Source of the DNA: a virus
IMG/VR virus record: IMGVR_UViG_3300042975_000098
Strand: one strand, 5' to 3'
Length of the DNA stretch: 64,000 nucleotides
Below, piece by piece: positions 35,905-46,214 of the stretch. Each line of letters opens with the position of its first letter. The first letter of the stretch is position 1. The notes beneath the pieces were generated by a model. The model saw only the letters and a list, made by a program, of their open reading frames with translations. It did no database searches and had not been told where the DNA came from. A program made the translations under genes and the position numbers.

Positions 35905-36351
35905 ATGAGTATGCAGTATGCGAAAAAGGCGGAACTGTTCGCCAGAAGAATGCATAAAGGTCAGGTGGATAAGGGAGGGAACCCATATATCCTTCATCCA
36001 CAAGCCGTAGCCGATGGTGTATCCGGCGATAGGAACAAGGCCGTAGCCTGGCTTCATGATGTTTTGGAGGATTGCGATGAACATTGCGATGAGGACGTGC
36101 TGAAAAGCGAAGGTTTCCCAGACGATATCATTCAAGCGGTAAAGCTTCTTACCCATAGACGATGGGTTCCTTATCAGGATTATATTCATGAGCTATCATC
36201 TAATCCTATGGCAAAATCAGTGAAAATCAGTGATTTACGTAATAATATGGATATCAGCAGAATGCATGGTATCGATGATTGCAGAATATCCAAGCGTATG
36301 GAAAAATACCGGAAAGCCTATGATTACCTTATGAAAGAGGAGCAACAATGA
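35905..36351 (+). CDS. Small HD-domain hydrolase (RelA/SpoT HD-like, Mesh1/SAH type)
   Basis: HKGQVDKGGNPYILHP, AWLHDVLED, VKISDLRNN. Confidence 0.85.
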   Translation: MSMQYAKKAELFARRMHKGQVDKGGNPYILHPQAVADGVSGDRNKAVAWLHDVLEDCDEHCDEDVLKSEGFPDDIIQAVKLLTHRRWVPYQDYIHELSSNPMAKSVKISDLRNNMDISRMHGIDDCRISKRMEKYRKAYDYLMKEEQQ

Positions 36352-38150
36352 AGGAATGGTTCAAGAAGCATTGGAAGCAGCTCTCCATCATGACTTTATC
36401 ACTGGTATTCGTTGTGGTGATATCTCTGAATTCACTGAACAGCCAAACTGACGCGAAGGTAAGCACTGACGTTGGACTACGAAGCATGAAGGAATACTCC
36501 AAGGTGGAGAAGGTGGCCGTGAATGACTACATGCAATCAGTGGTGGTAACATTCAAGCATGAACAGCGCTACAAGAATGCGGATGTTGATGGAAAATTCA
36601 AGACGTTTTCATTCAGCTACACTGCCGGTCAGCGTGATGAGGTTGCGAAGATACTCGAAGGAGGAAGGTATGCGTCGGGGTATCAGGTAACAAGGCAGGT
36701 ATCCAGTACACTATCATCAATATTGGTCAGTATTCTGCCGACGTTCATCTTTGTTGGGCTTCTCTATTGGTTCTACAAGAATAGCATGGGTGGCGGCGGA
36801 AAGCAGCAGGTGGTTAAGGCAAGCGAGGAATCCATACGATTCGATGATGTCAAGGGTGAGGACACTGCGGTATCCGAGCTGCAGGAAATCAAGGATATGA
36901 TGGTTCATCCAGATTCTTATAAGCGGGTAGGCGCTGCAATGCCCAAGGGAATATTGCTCTATGGTCCACCAGGAACGGGAAAGACACTGATTGCACGGGC
37001 ACTGGCGGGTGAAACGAAATCTTCCTTCTACTATGCCAATGGCTCGTCATTTGTCGAAATGTTCGTAGGCCTTGGAGCAAAAAGAGTACGTTCTCTGTTT
37101 GAAACGGCACGACAGAATGCTCCATCGATTATCTTCATTGATGAAATAGATGCGGTGGGAGCTTCAAGAGGAAGAAGTTCCAGCAATAGTGAGGGCGACC
37201 AGACTCTTAATCAGTTGCTGGTGGAGATGGATGGATTCGAGGCAAATGGGGATGTGCTTGTAGTGGCGGCTACCAACAGGCCGGATATCCTTGACAAGGC
37301 TCTACTTCGTCCGGGAAGGTTTGATAGACAGGTGGAAGTGGATATACCGGATATGGATGGTCGTGAAGACATTCTTCGAGTCCATTCTAAAGACAAGAAA
37401 ACCGCCGATGACGTTGACTTTCACTGGGTGGCGCAGCAAACCAGCGGATTCTCCGGAGTGCAGCTTGCCAACGTCATGAACGAAGCAGCGGTAATGTCGG
37501 TTCGCAACGATCATGATACCATTACACAGGCTGATATCAGTGAAGGCATTGATAGGGTAATGGCCGGACCGCAGAAAGATAAACGACATGATTACAAAAG
37601 CAGTATGAGGCACACGGCGTATCATGAGGGAGGTCATGCTATCGTAGCGATGTCATTGAAGCATGCAGACCCGGTAACCAAAGTCACTATTCTTCCCCGT
37701 GGTAGAGCACTTGGTTATACCATGATCAGTTCCGACGATGATAAAACCAACTATACGGAAATCCAAATCAAAGCGCAGCTTGCGTATATGATGGGTGGAA
37801 AAGCTGCAGAAGAACTCATTTTCGGTGAATCAAGCACCGGTGCCGGAAGCGATATAGAAAAAGCCGCTGGTCTCGCAAGGGATGCGGTACAGAAGTATGG
37901 ATTCAGTAAAAGCATGGGAATCGGCATATGGGATACGAAGGAAGATAATGCTACCATATCAGAGTATACCAAGTCCAAGATAGACCAGGAAATTGCTGAT
38001 ATGCTTAACGATGCGTTCCAGACCGCCAAGGATTCACTACAAAAGAACAAGGAATCCCTGGATGCTTTGGCAGCTCTGTTAATGGACAGGGAAACGGTTT
38101 CCAACGGTGAACTGCAGACAATCAAGGAATCGGTGAATATTATCCAATAG
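36348..38150 (+). CDS. ftsH: ATP-dependent zinc metalloprotease FtsH
   Basis: Two TM segments, GPPGTGKT, FIDEID, TLNQLLVEMDGF, ALLRPGRFDR, HEGGH. Confidence 0.96.
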   Translation: MKEWFKKHWKQLSIMTLSLVFVVVISLNSLNSQTDAKVSTDVGLRSMKEYSKVEKVAVNDYMQSVVVTFKHEQRYKNADVDGKFKTFSFSYTAGQRDEVAKILEGGRYASGYQVTRQVSSTLSSILVSILPTFIFVGLLYWFYKNSMGGGGKQQVVKASEESIRFDDVKGEDTAVSELQEIKDMMVHPDSYKRVGAAMPKGILLYGPPGTGKTLIARALAGETKSSFYYANGSSFVEMFVGLGAKRVRSLFETARQNAPSIIFIDEIDAVGASRGRSSSNSEGDQTLNQLLVEMDGFEANGDVLVVAATNRPDILDKALLRPGRFDRQVEVDIPDMDGREDILRVHSKDKKTADDVDFHWVAQQTSGFSGVQLANVMNEAAVMSVRNDHDTITQADISEGIDRVMAGPQKDKRHDYKSSMRHTAYHEGGHAIVAMSLKHADPVTKVTILPRGRALGYTMISSDDDKTNYTEIQIKAQLAYMMGGKAAEELIFGESSTGAGSDIEKAAGLARDAVQKYGFSKSMGIGIWDTKEDNATISEYTKSKIDQEIADMLNDAFQTAKDSLQKNKESLDALAALLMDRETVSNGELQTIKESVNIIQ

Positions 38151-38440
38151 GAAAGACACTCCATCATGGATTCATCTCCATGAAAACAGTGCCAGCATTG
38201 AAGATTGTGTATGACGAGGAGATAACATGCTACCATTACATCGAGCAATGGAAAAGGACGATAACCAACAATCGAATGAAGAGGAGCACACGGTATCGTT
38301 TGATTTCAAAAACGATGGTTTCATTCTTGATTCTGAATCGGATGGAGTGAAAAACCCGAAGAGCTGCCGACTGAACCTGAATATGAGGTAAGACGTAGGC
38401 GGAAAATGGGTGAAAGTCAGGAAAGGAACCCATTCATTGC

Positions 38441-38492
38441 CGATACCACGGTCACAAAACCGTGTTACAGCGTTCTACGTGGCTTACAGCGC
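38441..38492 (+). repeat. Dispersed repeat copy B, right half
   Basis: CGATACCACGGTCACAAAACCG...CTTACAGCGC. Confidence 0.9.
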
Positions 38493-38756
38493 ATCCGTTG
38501 GCGATCGCCATCGCGCTCGCCGCGGTCGCCAGTGATCATCATTCACGCCGCCGTCGATGGCGATCGCCCACCACATCACCACCCCACGAGCATCCGGGTG
38601 GTTGTTACGGAGGCGTAGGTTACGGTAGCGTAAGTTAGCATATACCACGAGCAGTGGTGGCGGCACGGGCGTGAATGAGATTGGCCCCGGTCACGATGAC
38701 CCCCGGTCATGAAACCCGTGCATCATCTCACTGTCATACGGAGCGGGACATAGGTG

Positions 38757-38972
38757 CGATTCCCACATCGTCGGGCCGTTCCCGTATCCCGTCGGGAAAA
38801 CGCGATCGGAATCGCTTCCGACATCGCTCTACGTCGATTACGTTCATACGATAAGCAAACGCTTGCCGTATGAGCGTATTTTTCATGCACCGTCGAAAAA
38901 ACGGCGTTTTCGATGCCACGGTCACAAAACCGCGTTATCGGGTTCTACGTGGCTTACAGCGCATCCGTTGGC
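38757..38972 (+). repeat. Dispersed repeat copy C (intact, with extended flanks)
   Basis: Equals B-left plus B-right joined; core 38825-38962 matches copy A. Confidence 0.92.
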
Positions 38973-38987
38973 GACCGCGGACCGACG

Positions 38988-39863
38988 TCACCGACCGCAC
39001 TCGCCGGCCGCCTTCGACATCGCCTCTGCGTCCCTGTTCGTGATCGTCAACCCGTACTTGCCGATCGTGTTCGCCCATATGGTCACGTACTCGCAACGCT
39101 CCTCCGAGCGCGGCATCCAATCGGACGGACCCTTATCGCCCTTCGCCCGGTTCGCGGACGCGGACACCGCCAGCAGCTGGCTCGTATCGTTGGCGAACGC
39201 CTGCTTGCGCGACCGCGACCATGCGTGCGCCCCGTGCGCGTCCGCGTACCCCAATGGCACCACGTGATCGATGTCCAGCGCGGACGGGTCGCTGACCCTC
39301 ATCCCCGCGTACGGCTCGGTGTACACGAACGCGGTGGTCCGGGCGCGGCACGTCGACGGGTCCACGGCGAACCCGTCGTCGCGCAGCACGAGTTCACGGG
39401 TGTCGCACGCACCCGACGCCATGGCCCAGTGCGGGTAATCGGCCCGCGAGTATGAAGTCTTCGCGGCGGCCGCCACGGGGAGCGCCGCGATGCGCTTCTG
39501 CAGGTCGTTCGCACCGGCGACAGGGGACGAGGCCGACCCGCCGCCGCTTCCCGTGGCACCGTTCCCGCCGCCACCGCCGGCGGTCGCGGTCGGGCCGCCG
39601 TCGCCGTTCACGCAGTTCGGGCTCTTGACGACGTTGCAGGGCGTCTTGTCCTTGATGTCCACGTTCGAGGCGGCGTGGCTCATGGACGAGCCGGCATCGC
39701 GCAGGTAGGCGACCGCGGAATCGATGCTGTCGATGCGGTTCGCCCGAAGGAACGCGAAGCCGAACCCGATTAGTACGATCAGCAGAATGAACGACAGGAC
39801 CTTGCCGCCGAACCCCGAGCCGCCGCCGCGTCCTCGTCTAGCCGGTCTACGTCGATTGGCCAT
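38988..39863 (-). CDS. Membrane-anchored HNH nuclease (DUF1524-like)
   Basis: DIDHVVPL, ANDTSQLLAVSASANRAKGDKGPSDW; GGAGGA RBS. Confidence 0.85.
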   Translation of the reverse strand: MANRRRPARRGRGGGSGFGGKVLSFILLIVLIGFGFAFLRANRIDSIDSAVAYLRDAGSSMSHAASNVDIKDKTPCNVVKSPNCVNGDGGPTATAGGGGGNGATGSGGGSASSPVAGANDLQKRIAALPVAAAAKTSYSRADYPHWAMASGACDTRELVLRDDGFAVDPSTCRARTTAFVYTEPYAGMRVSDPSALDIDHVVPLGYADAHGAHAWSRSRKQAFANDTSQLLAVSASANRAKGDKGPSDWMPRSEERCEYVTIWANTIGKYGLTITNRDAEAMSKAAGECGR

Positions 39864-39924
39864 CGTCTGCTCCTCCCGAATCACCGCACGTCATGACGCC
39901 ATCGGAATATCGAACCGGGCGCGC

Positions 39925-41631
39925 TCACGCCTTGCGGCGTCGGACCCGGCGCGCGCGATGATCGGCGATGTAATCGATGACGGCGCGGTCGGATGCGAAC
40001 AGCGCGTGCGCGGACGGGCTGTCGCCTATCTTCGCCACGGCGGCGCGCCGCTCGGTCTTCGACATGAACCCCATGGTGCCCTCGATGCTCCTCGTCTCCC
40101 CCTCATGCCGCGCGAAACCGGCGCGGGCGGCGACCGCGCGTCGGCGGATGGCCGCGTCGATGGCGATGGCCTCCGGGTCGACGAGCAGCGCGTCCTTGGG
40201 CAGCCGGCCCTCCATGATGACGCTATCAAGGCTCTTCGTGCGGGAGAGCGCCACGTACCCGAGTCCGCGCTGGAACGATCTGGTGAGGTCGATGATCGCG
40301 CCGTCCAGCGTCATGCCCTGCGACTTGTGGACGGTGATCGCCCATGCCAGTCGGAGCGGCAGGTAATCGACCTCGGCCACGACGCGCTCCACGTCCTCGG
40401 TGTGCTCGAACCCGTCATCACCGGTGACCTGGCGCTGCTCGACGACCGTCTTCTTCCGGGGGGTGCGTCGCACGAGCTCCTCGCCGCCGTCGTTGAAGCG
40501 GACGTTGACGGCGGAGTGGTCGTCATCGAAGCCGATGACCCTGCCCATTGACCCGTTCACGTAATGCGAGCCGGGTATGCCGACGTTGCTGGTGAGCATG
40601 ACCACGGCGCCCGTCTTCAGGTCGACCGGTCGTATCTTGCCGTCCTTGATCATGGCCTTGCAGTCATCGGGGTCGCCGCTGCGGTACGCCCCGAACGTGT
40701 GCACGGCGCCGCCGAGCGATTCGAGCCGGCGCTTGTTGTACTCGTCCACGTTCCTGTTCATGGTGTGAAGGCGGGTGTATGCGCGTTTGGGGTCGGGCTT
40801 CGCGTTGAACCGCTCCATCAGCGGCGCGAGCAGCTTCGCATCGAGCCGCTGTTCGCGGATGGCGTTCAGCAGGGCGTTCAGCCTGTCGTCGCCGGACCTG
40901 CGGATGCGGTCGAGGTAGCAGCACGTGAAGTCCGCATCGAGGAACGACGGCGATCGGAAGCAGTAGCGTGCGTCCACGGCCTCGCCATGCGAGTCCAGCT
41001 GACCGGTGTCGACGGGCGGGAGCTGCATGAAATCGCCCACGAGCACGATCTGCAGGCCGCCGAACGGCTTATCGTTGCCGCGGGCGTTCCTGCAGGCGCG
41101 GTCGAGGTTCGTCAGGAAGTAGGCGGGAAGCATGCTCACCTCGTCGACGATGAGGCAATCCGTGTCCCGTATCCGCCGTTTCGCCTTGATCCACACGGCC
41201 TTGTCGCGGCCGCGGAGGTCCTCCGGGTCGAAATCATCCACACGTATGCCCAGTCCGGACCACGAGTGGACCGTCTTTCCGAAGATCAGCGCGGCGGCGG
41301 CGCCGGTGCTGGCGGTGACCTCCAGGTTGAACTTCCTCCCGTTGCGCTCAAGCTCGTCCGAGTACGCCATGATGAGGTTGCGGAACGTGGACACCACCCA
41401 CGACTTCCCCGTGCCGGCCTGACCGCACAGAAGCATGTTGTCTCCGCGAACGAGATAGTACAACGCCTCCATCTGCGATGTCATCGCGCTCTGGCTCAAC
41501 TCGTCATCCTCATCGAAATCGGGGATGTACTGTCTGACCGGCGCCGGCTCGTCATCGACCGCGAGGCTCGCCATCGACATGGGCGTTCCCGGGCGCTCGG
41601 GGATGACGAACGCGTTCTTGTTATCATTCAT
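39925..41631 (-). CDS. Pif1/RecD-like SF1B DNA helicase
   Basis: GQAGTGKS, DEVSM, GDFMQLPP, PLRLAWAITVHKSQG, YVALSR. Confidence 0.92.
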   Translation of the reverse strand: MNDNKNAFVIPERPGTPMSMASLAVDDEPAPVRQYIPDFDEDDELSQSAMTSQMEALYYLVRGDNMLLCGQAGTGKSWVVSTFRNLIMAYSDELERNGRKFNLEVTASTGAAAALIFGKTVHSWSGLGIRVDDFDPEDLRGRDKAVWIKAKRRIRDTDCLIVDEVSMLPAYFLTNLDRACRNARGNDKPFGGLQIVLVGDFMQLPPVDTGQLDSHGEAVDARYCFRSPSFLDADFTCCYLDRIRRSGDDRLNALLNAIREQRLDAKLLAPLMERFNAKPDPKRAYTRLHTMNRNVDEYNKRRLESLGGAVHTFGAYRSGDPDDCKAMIKDGKIRPVDLKTGAVVMLTSNVGIPGSHYVNGSMGRVIGFDDDHSAVNVRFNDGGEELVRRTPRKKTVVEQRQVTGDDGFEHTEDVERVVAEVDYLPLRLAWAITVHKSQGMTLDGAIIDLTRSFQRGLGYVALSRTKSLDSVIMEGRLPKDALLVDPEAIAIDAAIRRRAVAARAGFARHEGETRSIEGTMGFMSKTERRAAVAKIGDSPSAHALFASDRAVIDYIADHRARRVRRRKA

Positions 41632-41801
41632 GCCATCATTGTACCGCCGTGCCGGGGAAGACGGCGCAGGCGCAGGCGTCGAGCGCGGCACTGCCTTGGT
41701 GACTCTCAACCGTTAAATCATGGTGAAGCCTATCGACGCAACAAGGCCGAACCCACCGTCATGACGAAGCCGCATGAGCATCAAAAGCTACGCGCATACC
41801 C

Positions 41802-42027
41802 CTCGGAATCGCGTTAAAGGAGGAAGCTATCAGGTATACGGGCGATGGCCCGAGGGAACAACCGCTCACACCGGGAACAACACCACCGCAACGTGGTGCG
41901 CCGGCCCGCCGTCATCAGGGCCAACCACTCACACCAGGAACGACCGCTCCTTCAGCACTCCCGCTCCTCATAAAAGCTACAAGCCGACCTCTCGAAATCG
42001 CGTTAAAGGAGGGAGCTATCAGGTATA
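41802..42027 (+). repeat. Two ~37-bp direct repeats upstream of rep (candidate origin/iterons)
   Basis: CTCGGAATCGCGTTAAAGGAGGAAGCTATCAGGTATA at 41802 and a 2-mismatch copy at 41991; weaker homology extends to ~75 bp. Confidence 0.75.
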
Positions 42028-42179
42028 GCGGGCGACAGCCCGAAGCCTGGCCCCGACCCTCAACACGCCCACGCCATCAGCCGCCCCTCCCCGTTAGATT
42101 TCCCCTCGCCACCAGTCTGCCGGCCATCCTGCCTCACGACTCGGTATGATAACGGCGAACACGGAGAAAGGACAGGCAC

Positions 42180-44021
42180 ATGGGCACTACGAACTGCGGG
42201 GTCGCTGGACTCACACAGCAGGGCTGGCATGTCATGAGGACGGGTGACTTCACCCCGATGCTCGGCACCGAGCAATGCTACTCGGACTCGCTGCGCCCCT
42301 GCTCCATGCCCTTCACCCATATGCGTGGTCATACCAGCGCGTCGGCCATCGTCTTCGACCCGCATCGTCTCTGCTCGTGGACCATCGCCCTCACCGATGA
42401 GCCGGGGTCGCTGGCGTCGCTGGCGGTCCCCCCGGACATGGTGATACTCTCCAGTCCGGCCGTGGCCGTGTGGACGTTCAGGCCCTCGTCGGACACGGCG
42501 CTGTTGCTTGACCTGTACGCACGGGTGAACGCCATGGTGGCTCCGGGCATGTGGTCGCCGGACCCCGTTGCGGTTCACGTGGCGAACCCGGACGCGCCGG
42601 AAGGCCCCGCCGTGCTCCGCCTCGGTGCTGGTGATGGCGCATCCCGTACCGCGCGGTCGCTTCGCGATTCGCTGCCGTCCGCCCCGGTGACGCCGGCGGG
42701 CGTGGTCGTGCTTCCAGGCGAGCGTGACGCCGGCCATGCGATGCGTCTGACGGCGCTCGCCGACCGCATGTCGCTTGACGTGAACCATGGTCCGCTGCCC
42801 GCCGATTCGCTGGGTCTGCTCTCCATGCGCTCCACGATTCCCGAGGTCGGCGACGGCAAGGATGGTCTCGCGCGGTTCCGCCAGTCGAAGGCGTCGATCG
42901 CCCGGTGGAGCCACTGGAGCATGGAGACGTCGCGGCTCACCTCACCGTGGGTGGCCGTCGACCTCGACGAGTCGGATAGCGTCGACAGGATTCTCGCATC
43001 CGGTCTGCCATCACCGTCGTTCATCATCAGGAAGCGCCGCACCGGCCACGCGCAGGCGTTCTGGCTGATCAACCCCGTCCGCCGCCGTGATGACCGGGCG
43101 TTCTCCTTCTACCGCGCGGTATCCCGCAACCTGACGTCGGCTCTCGGCGGCGATCCCGAGTTCGTCGCGCATCGCGTGCAGAACCCGTACTGGGCGGGCA
43201 TGGCCGGCATCGACGCGGATGTCCTCGTGCCCTCGCCTACGACCATGCGGCACTCGCTGACCGGTCTGTACCACGCGCTGCGTGATGCGGGACTATGGTC
43301 AAGCTCGTCCCGGCGCCGACCGTTGGCGGGCGTGCGCTGCTCGGCGTCCACGAACGGCCGCGAGTGGGACATGGAGGCCATTCGCGAGTACATCGGCGGC
43401 GACGCCGTGGTGCCGGAGGGGTCTCGGAACGCCACGCTGTTCTCCATGGCCACGTGGATGCGCTGGCATGGCTACGAGCCGTCCATCATCCGTCAGGTGA
43501 ACGTCGCCGGCGGCATGAGCGAGCGCGAGGTCACGGGCATCATCGTCTCGGTGAACAAGTACTACCAGTCGATGTTCGATGGCAAGTGGCGCCCGGAGCG
43601 CGGCTCCGCGGAGCTTGCCGAACTGGGCCGGCGCGGCGGCCGGGCGAACACGGCGAGACAGGGTTCGGCCCGTCGTTCGAATCTTGACGCCGGTCGCGGC
43701 ATCGCGGTCAGCGCGTCCACGGACCTTCGCAGGCGCGTGTACGCGGCGACGATAGCCCACCCGGGGGTCACGAGGGCGGAGCTGGCGCGCATCGCCGGCG
43801 TGTCGCGTCCAACGCTGTACAAGCATCTCCATGCGATTCACGAGATGATCCGCGATATGGTGAACCACAAGGGCGATGACGGCGCGGTGCGCGCATGGTT
43901 CGATTTCGTGAACAAGTCGCTTCGCTACGTGGACCTCCCCGAGTTCCACACGTCGAGGGGGCGTCGCGACCTGCGCGTCACCGGCAGCGGGCCCGTGATC
44001 ATACACTGGGGCGGCAAGTAA
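42180..44021 (+). CDS. Plasmid replication initiator (replicase/PriCT/HTH type); start uncertain
   Basis: WVAVDLD, GHAQAFWLI, GGDPEF..RVQNP, EGSRNATLF (PriCT-like), C-terminal HTH RAELARIAGVSRPTLYKHL. Confidence 0.7.
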   Translation: MGTTNCGVAGLTQQGWHVMRTGDFTPMLGTEQCYSDSLRPCSMPFTHMRGHTSASAIVFDPHRLCSWTIALTDEPGSLASLAVPPDMVILSSPAVAVWTFRPSSDTALLLDLYARVNAMVAPGMWSPDPVAVHVANPDAPEGPAVLRLGAGDGASRTARSLRDSLPSAPVTPAGVVVLPGERDAGHAMRLTALADRMSLDVNHGPLPADSLGLLSMRSTIPEVGDGKDGLARFRQSKASIARWSHWSMETSRLTSPWVAVDLDESDSVDRILASGLPSPSFIIRKRRTGHAQAFWLINPVRRRDDRAFSFYRAVSRNLTSALGGDPEFVAHRVQNPYWAGMAGIDADVLVPSPTTMRHSLTGLYHALRDAGLWSSSSRRRPLAGVRCSASTNGREWDMEAIREYIGGDAVVPEGSRNATLFSMATWMRWHGYEPSIIRQVNVAGGMSEREVTGIIVSVNKYYQSMFDGKWRPERGSAELAELGRRGGRANTARQGSARRSNLDAGRGIAVSASTDLRRRVYAATIAHPGVTRAELARIAGVSRPTLYKHLHAIHEMIRDMVNHKGDDGAVRAWFDFVNKSLRYVDLPEFHTSRGRRDLRVTGSGPVIIHWGGK

Positions 44022-44068
44022 CACAGCCGGCACCGTGTGGACAGATGTTGATGAGTGAAGGGAATGGA

Positions 44069-45112
44069 ATGATGGAATTGATGGCGAGACTGGGCGCGTG
44101 GACGTCGAACTTCAGGGCGAGGATGCGTGACCCCGCGGATCGAGCGCGCGTCATCGCCGCCGCCATGTCGCTCCCCGCGTTCATCGCCGCCAGCGTGATC
44201 ACCAGCGTCATCGGCCTGATCGCATGGGTGTCCGTGAACTCCGACTGGCTGTCATGCTCCGATTACTCACGCGGCCGCTGCACGCTCGCGTACTCCGGCG
44301 TGGTGCTCGCGATGGCGGTCGCCGGCGAGGCCGGGTTCCTGCTGCTGTTCCGCTCACGCTTCCCCTGGCCGACGCGCGTGAACGGCCGCTGGGGATGGCG
44401 GTGGCTGTTCTTCGCCCCGTTCATGGCGCACGCCATCGCCGCAAACGGCGGCGTCGGACTGCCCACGAGGCGCCGGCGGCTCGCCGATCGCGTCGGCGGG
44501 AACGGCGAGCTCATCGCATGGCTTCGCTCCGCCGGCATCGGCCTGGTGCTCGCGGGCGTGCTGTTCGGCCTGGCGCAGGGGCTGGGCGCGCTCATTCAAC
44601 TGTTCACCGGTCCCGTGAAGGCCGACTCCGGGTCGATCATGAGCCAGACCACGCAGGCGCTCTCCATGGCGACGTCCGAGCTTCTCCGCGGCTCGTCCCC
44701 GCACCCGGTGCTGGCGGCGCTGACCACGCTGATCGTCATCGTCATCGGCCCGTTCCTCGAGGAATGCCTGTTCCGCGGCGTCATCGCCCGCTCGCTCGCG
44801 CTGTCGTCCATCGGGTCGAGCGATCTCGTCGGCGCGCCGACCGGGGATGCCGCCGACCCGCGACGGGTGGTCGCGTCCCCGGTTCGCCAGGCGCTCGTGA
44901 GCGTGCTCGCCGGCGCGGTGTTCGGCGTCGCGCACGCGCAGTTCACGGGGTCGCCGACCGTTGACGCGTCCTCGGTGCTGGTGCCGTGGCTCATGGGGTC
45001 CGTGCTGTCATGGCTGTCCTCGTACAAGTTCGACAGCATCGTGCCGACGTTCTTCGCGCACATGTTCTACAACACGATCACCATGGTCGCGGCGCTGTTG
45101 CTGGCGTCGTAG
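44069..45112 (+). CDS. CPBP/CAAX (Abi-family) intramembrane metalloprotease
   Basis: EECLFRG, FGVAH, HMFYN motifs; many TM segments. Confidence 0.85.
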   Translation: MMELMARLGAWTSNFRARMRDPADRARVIAAAMSLPAFIAASVITSVIGLIAWVSVNSDWLSCSDYSRGRCTLAYSGVVLAMAVAGEAGFLLLFRSRFPWPTRVNGRWGWRWLFFAPFMAHAIAANGGVGLPTRRRRLADRVGGNGELIAWLRSAGIGLVLAGVLFGLAQGLGALIQLFTGPVKADSGSIMSQTTQALSMATSELLRGSSPHPVLAALTTLIVIVIGPFLEECLFRGVIARSLALSSIGSSDLVGAPTGDAADPRRVVASPVRQALVSVLAGAVFGVAHAQFTGSPTVDASSVLVPWLMGSVLSWLSSYKFDSIVPTFFAHMFYNTITMVAALLLAS

Positions 45113-45150
45113 GTCGGAAGCACAATGACAGCCAACGAGAAGAGGCATGT

Positions 45151-46068
45151 ATGACAGCACTAGCAGTAGAACCCATCGAGACCAAGGAGCCAGAGGCCAT
45201 CGAAGCGAAGCCCGCATTCACGACTGATCTGGGCAGGCTGTATCAGGGAGATTGCCTTGATCTGTTCGACCTGATCGAGCCGGGCAGTATCGACTGCTTC
45301 TTCGCAGACCCGCCGTTCAACCTTGACAAGGACTACGGTCGAGGCATTGACGACAACCTTCCGGAGGAGAAGTATGAGCGGTGGCTCTACGAATGGCTCG
45401 ACCGCGCCGTTGATACGCTCGCTGATGGCGGCGCTTTGTGGGTGTATAACCTTCCCAAATGGAACCTCCTCGCAGGTGCGCACCTTCTCAAAGACAAGCG
45501 TCTGACCTTCAAGCATCAGGTCGCGGTGTCAATGAAGATGAGTCTGCCGATTCCGAACAAACTCTCTCCGGCACACTATTCCCTTCTCTATTTCATCAAA
45601 GGCAAGAAGCCGAAGCGCTTCACCCGGCCTCGTATTCCTATCGAGGTCTGCCGTCATTGCGGCAAGGAGATTCACGATTACGGCGGACATCGGGACAAGA
45701 TGAATCCGGCGGGTGTCAATCTTTCGGATGTCTGGACCGATCTATCGCCGGTCAGACATCGCAAGACGAAGTTTCGATAGGCGAACGCATTGCCGGAGAA
45801 GATGCTCGAACGAGTGCTGACCATCTCGACCGAACCCGGCGATCTTGTGCTCGATCCATTCGGCGGCTCGGGAACGACGTATGCCGTCGCGGAGCGCACG
45901 CATCGGCATTGGATAGGTTTCGAAATCGGAGACATCGAGCCGATTGTGATGCGCCTGCAAGGTCAGAAGGCGGAGTTCGAGATGCCCAATCACGGCGATG
46001 CGGCGCCTCAGCGAGGCAAGAGGAACGCCGAAGTCAGACCAGAGCGCGGCCGTCAGTCCCTTTTTTGA
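45151..46068 (+). pseudogene. Beta-class N4C/N6A DNA methyltransferase resembling M.BamHI, with in-frame TAG at 45778-45780
   Basis: GDCL, FADPPFNL, VLDPFGGSGTT; reading frame continues after the TAG; lower GC than flanks. Confidence 0.85.
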
Positions 46069-46214
46069 TCGTCGGAACGGACTGGTCGAATCCGTCCTGT
46101 TCGACAACGAGAATGCCGAGATGGCGTGGCCTGTCGGCAAGGTGATCCCATCGTTCGCCATTAGTTCCCAAAGAGGATGGCATGTCATCAGCTCCGCGAC
46201 GGTATAATGCCATC

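Larger units (their letters stand above)
35555..38447 (+). mobile_element. Low-GC cargo segment inserted in the dispersed repeat, flanked by CGATACC
   Basis: Abrupt AT enrichment; CGATACC at 35548-35554 and 38441-38447; no transposase or TIR seen. Confidence 0.75.

Noticed and set aside
35555-38447. Composite transposon or IS origin of the FtsH cargo
   Set aside because: No transposase, no terminal inverted repeats, and no duplication of the tmRNA 3' end
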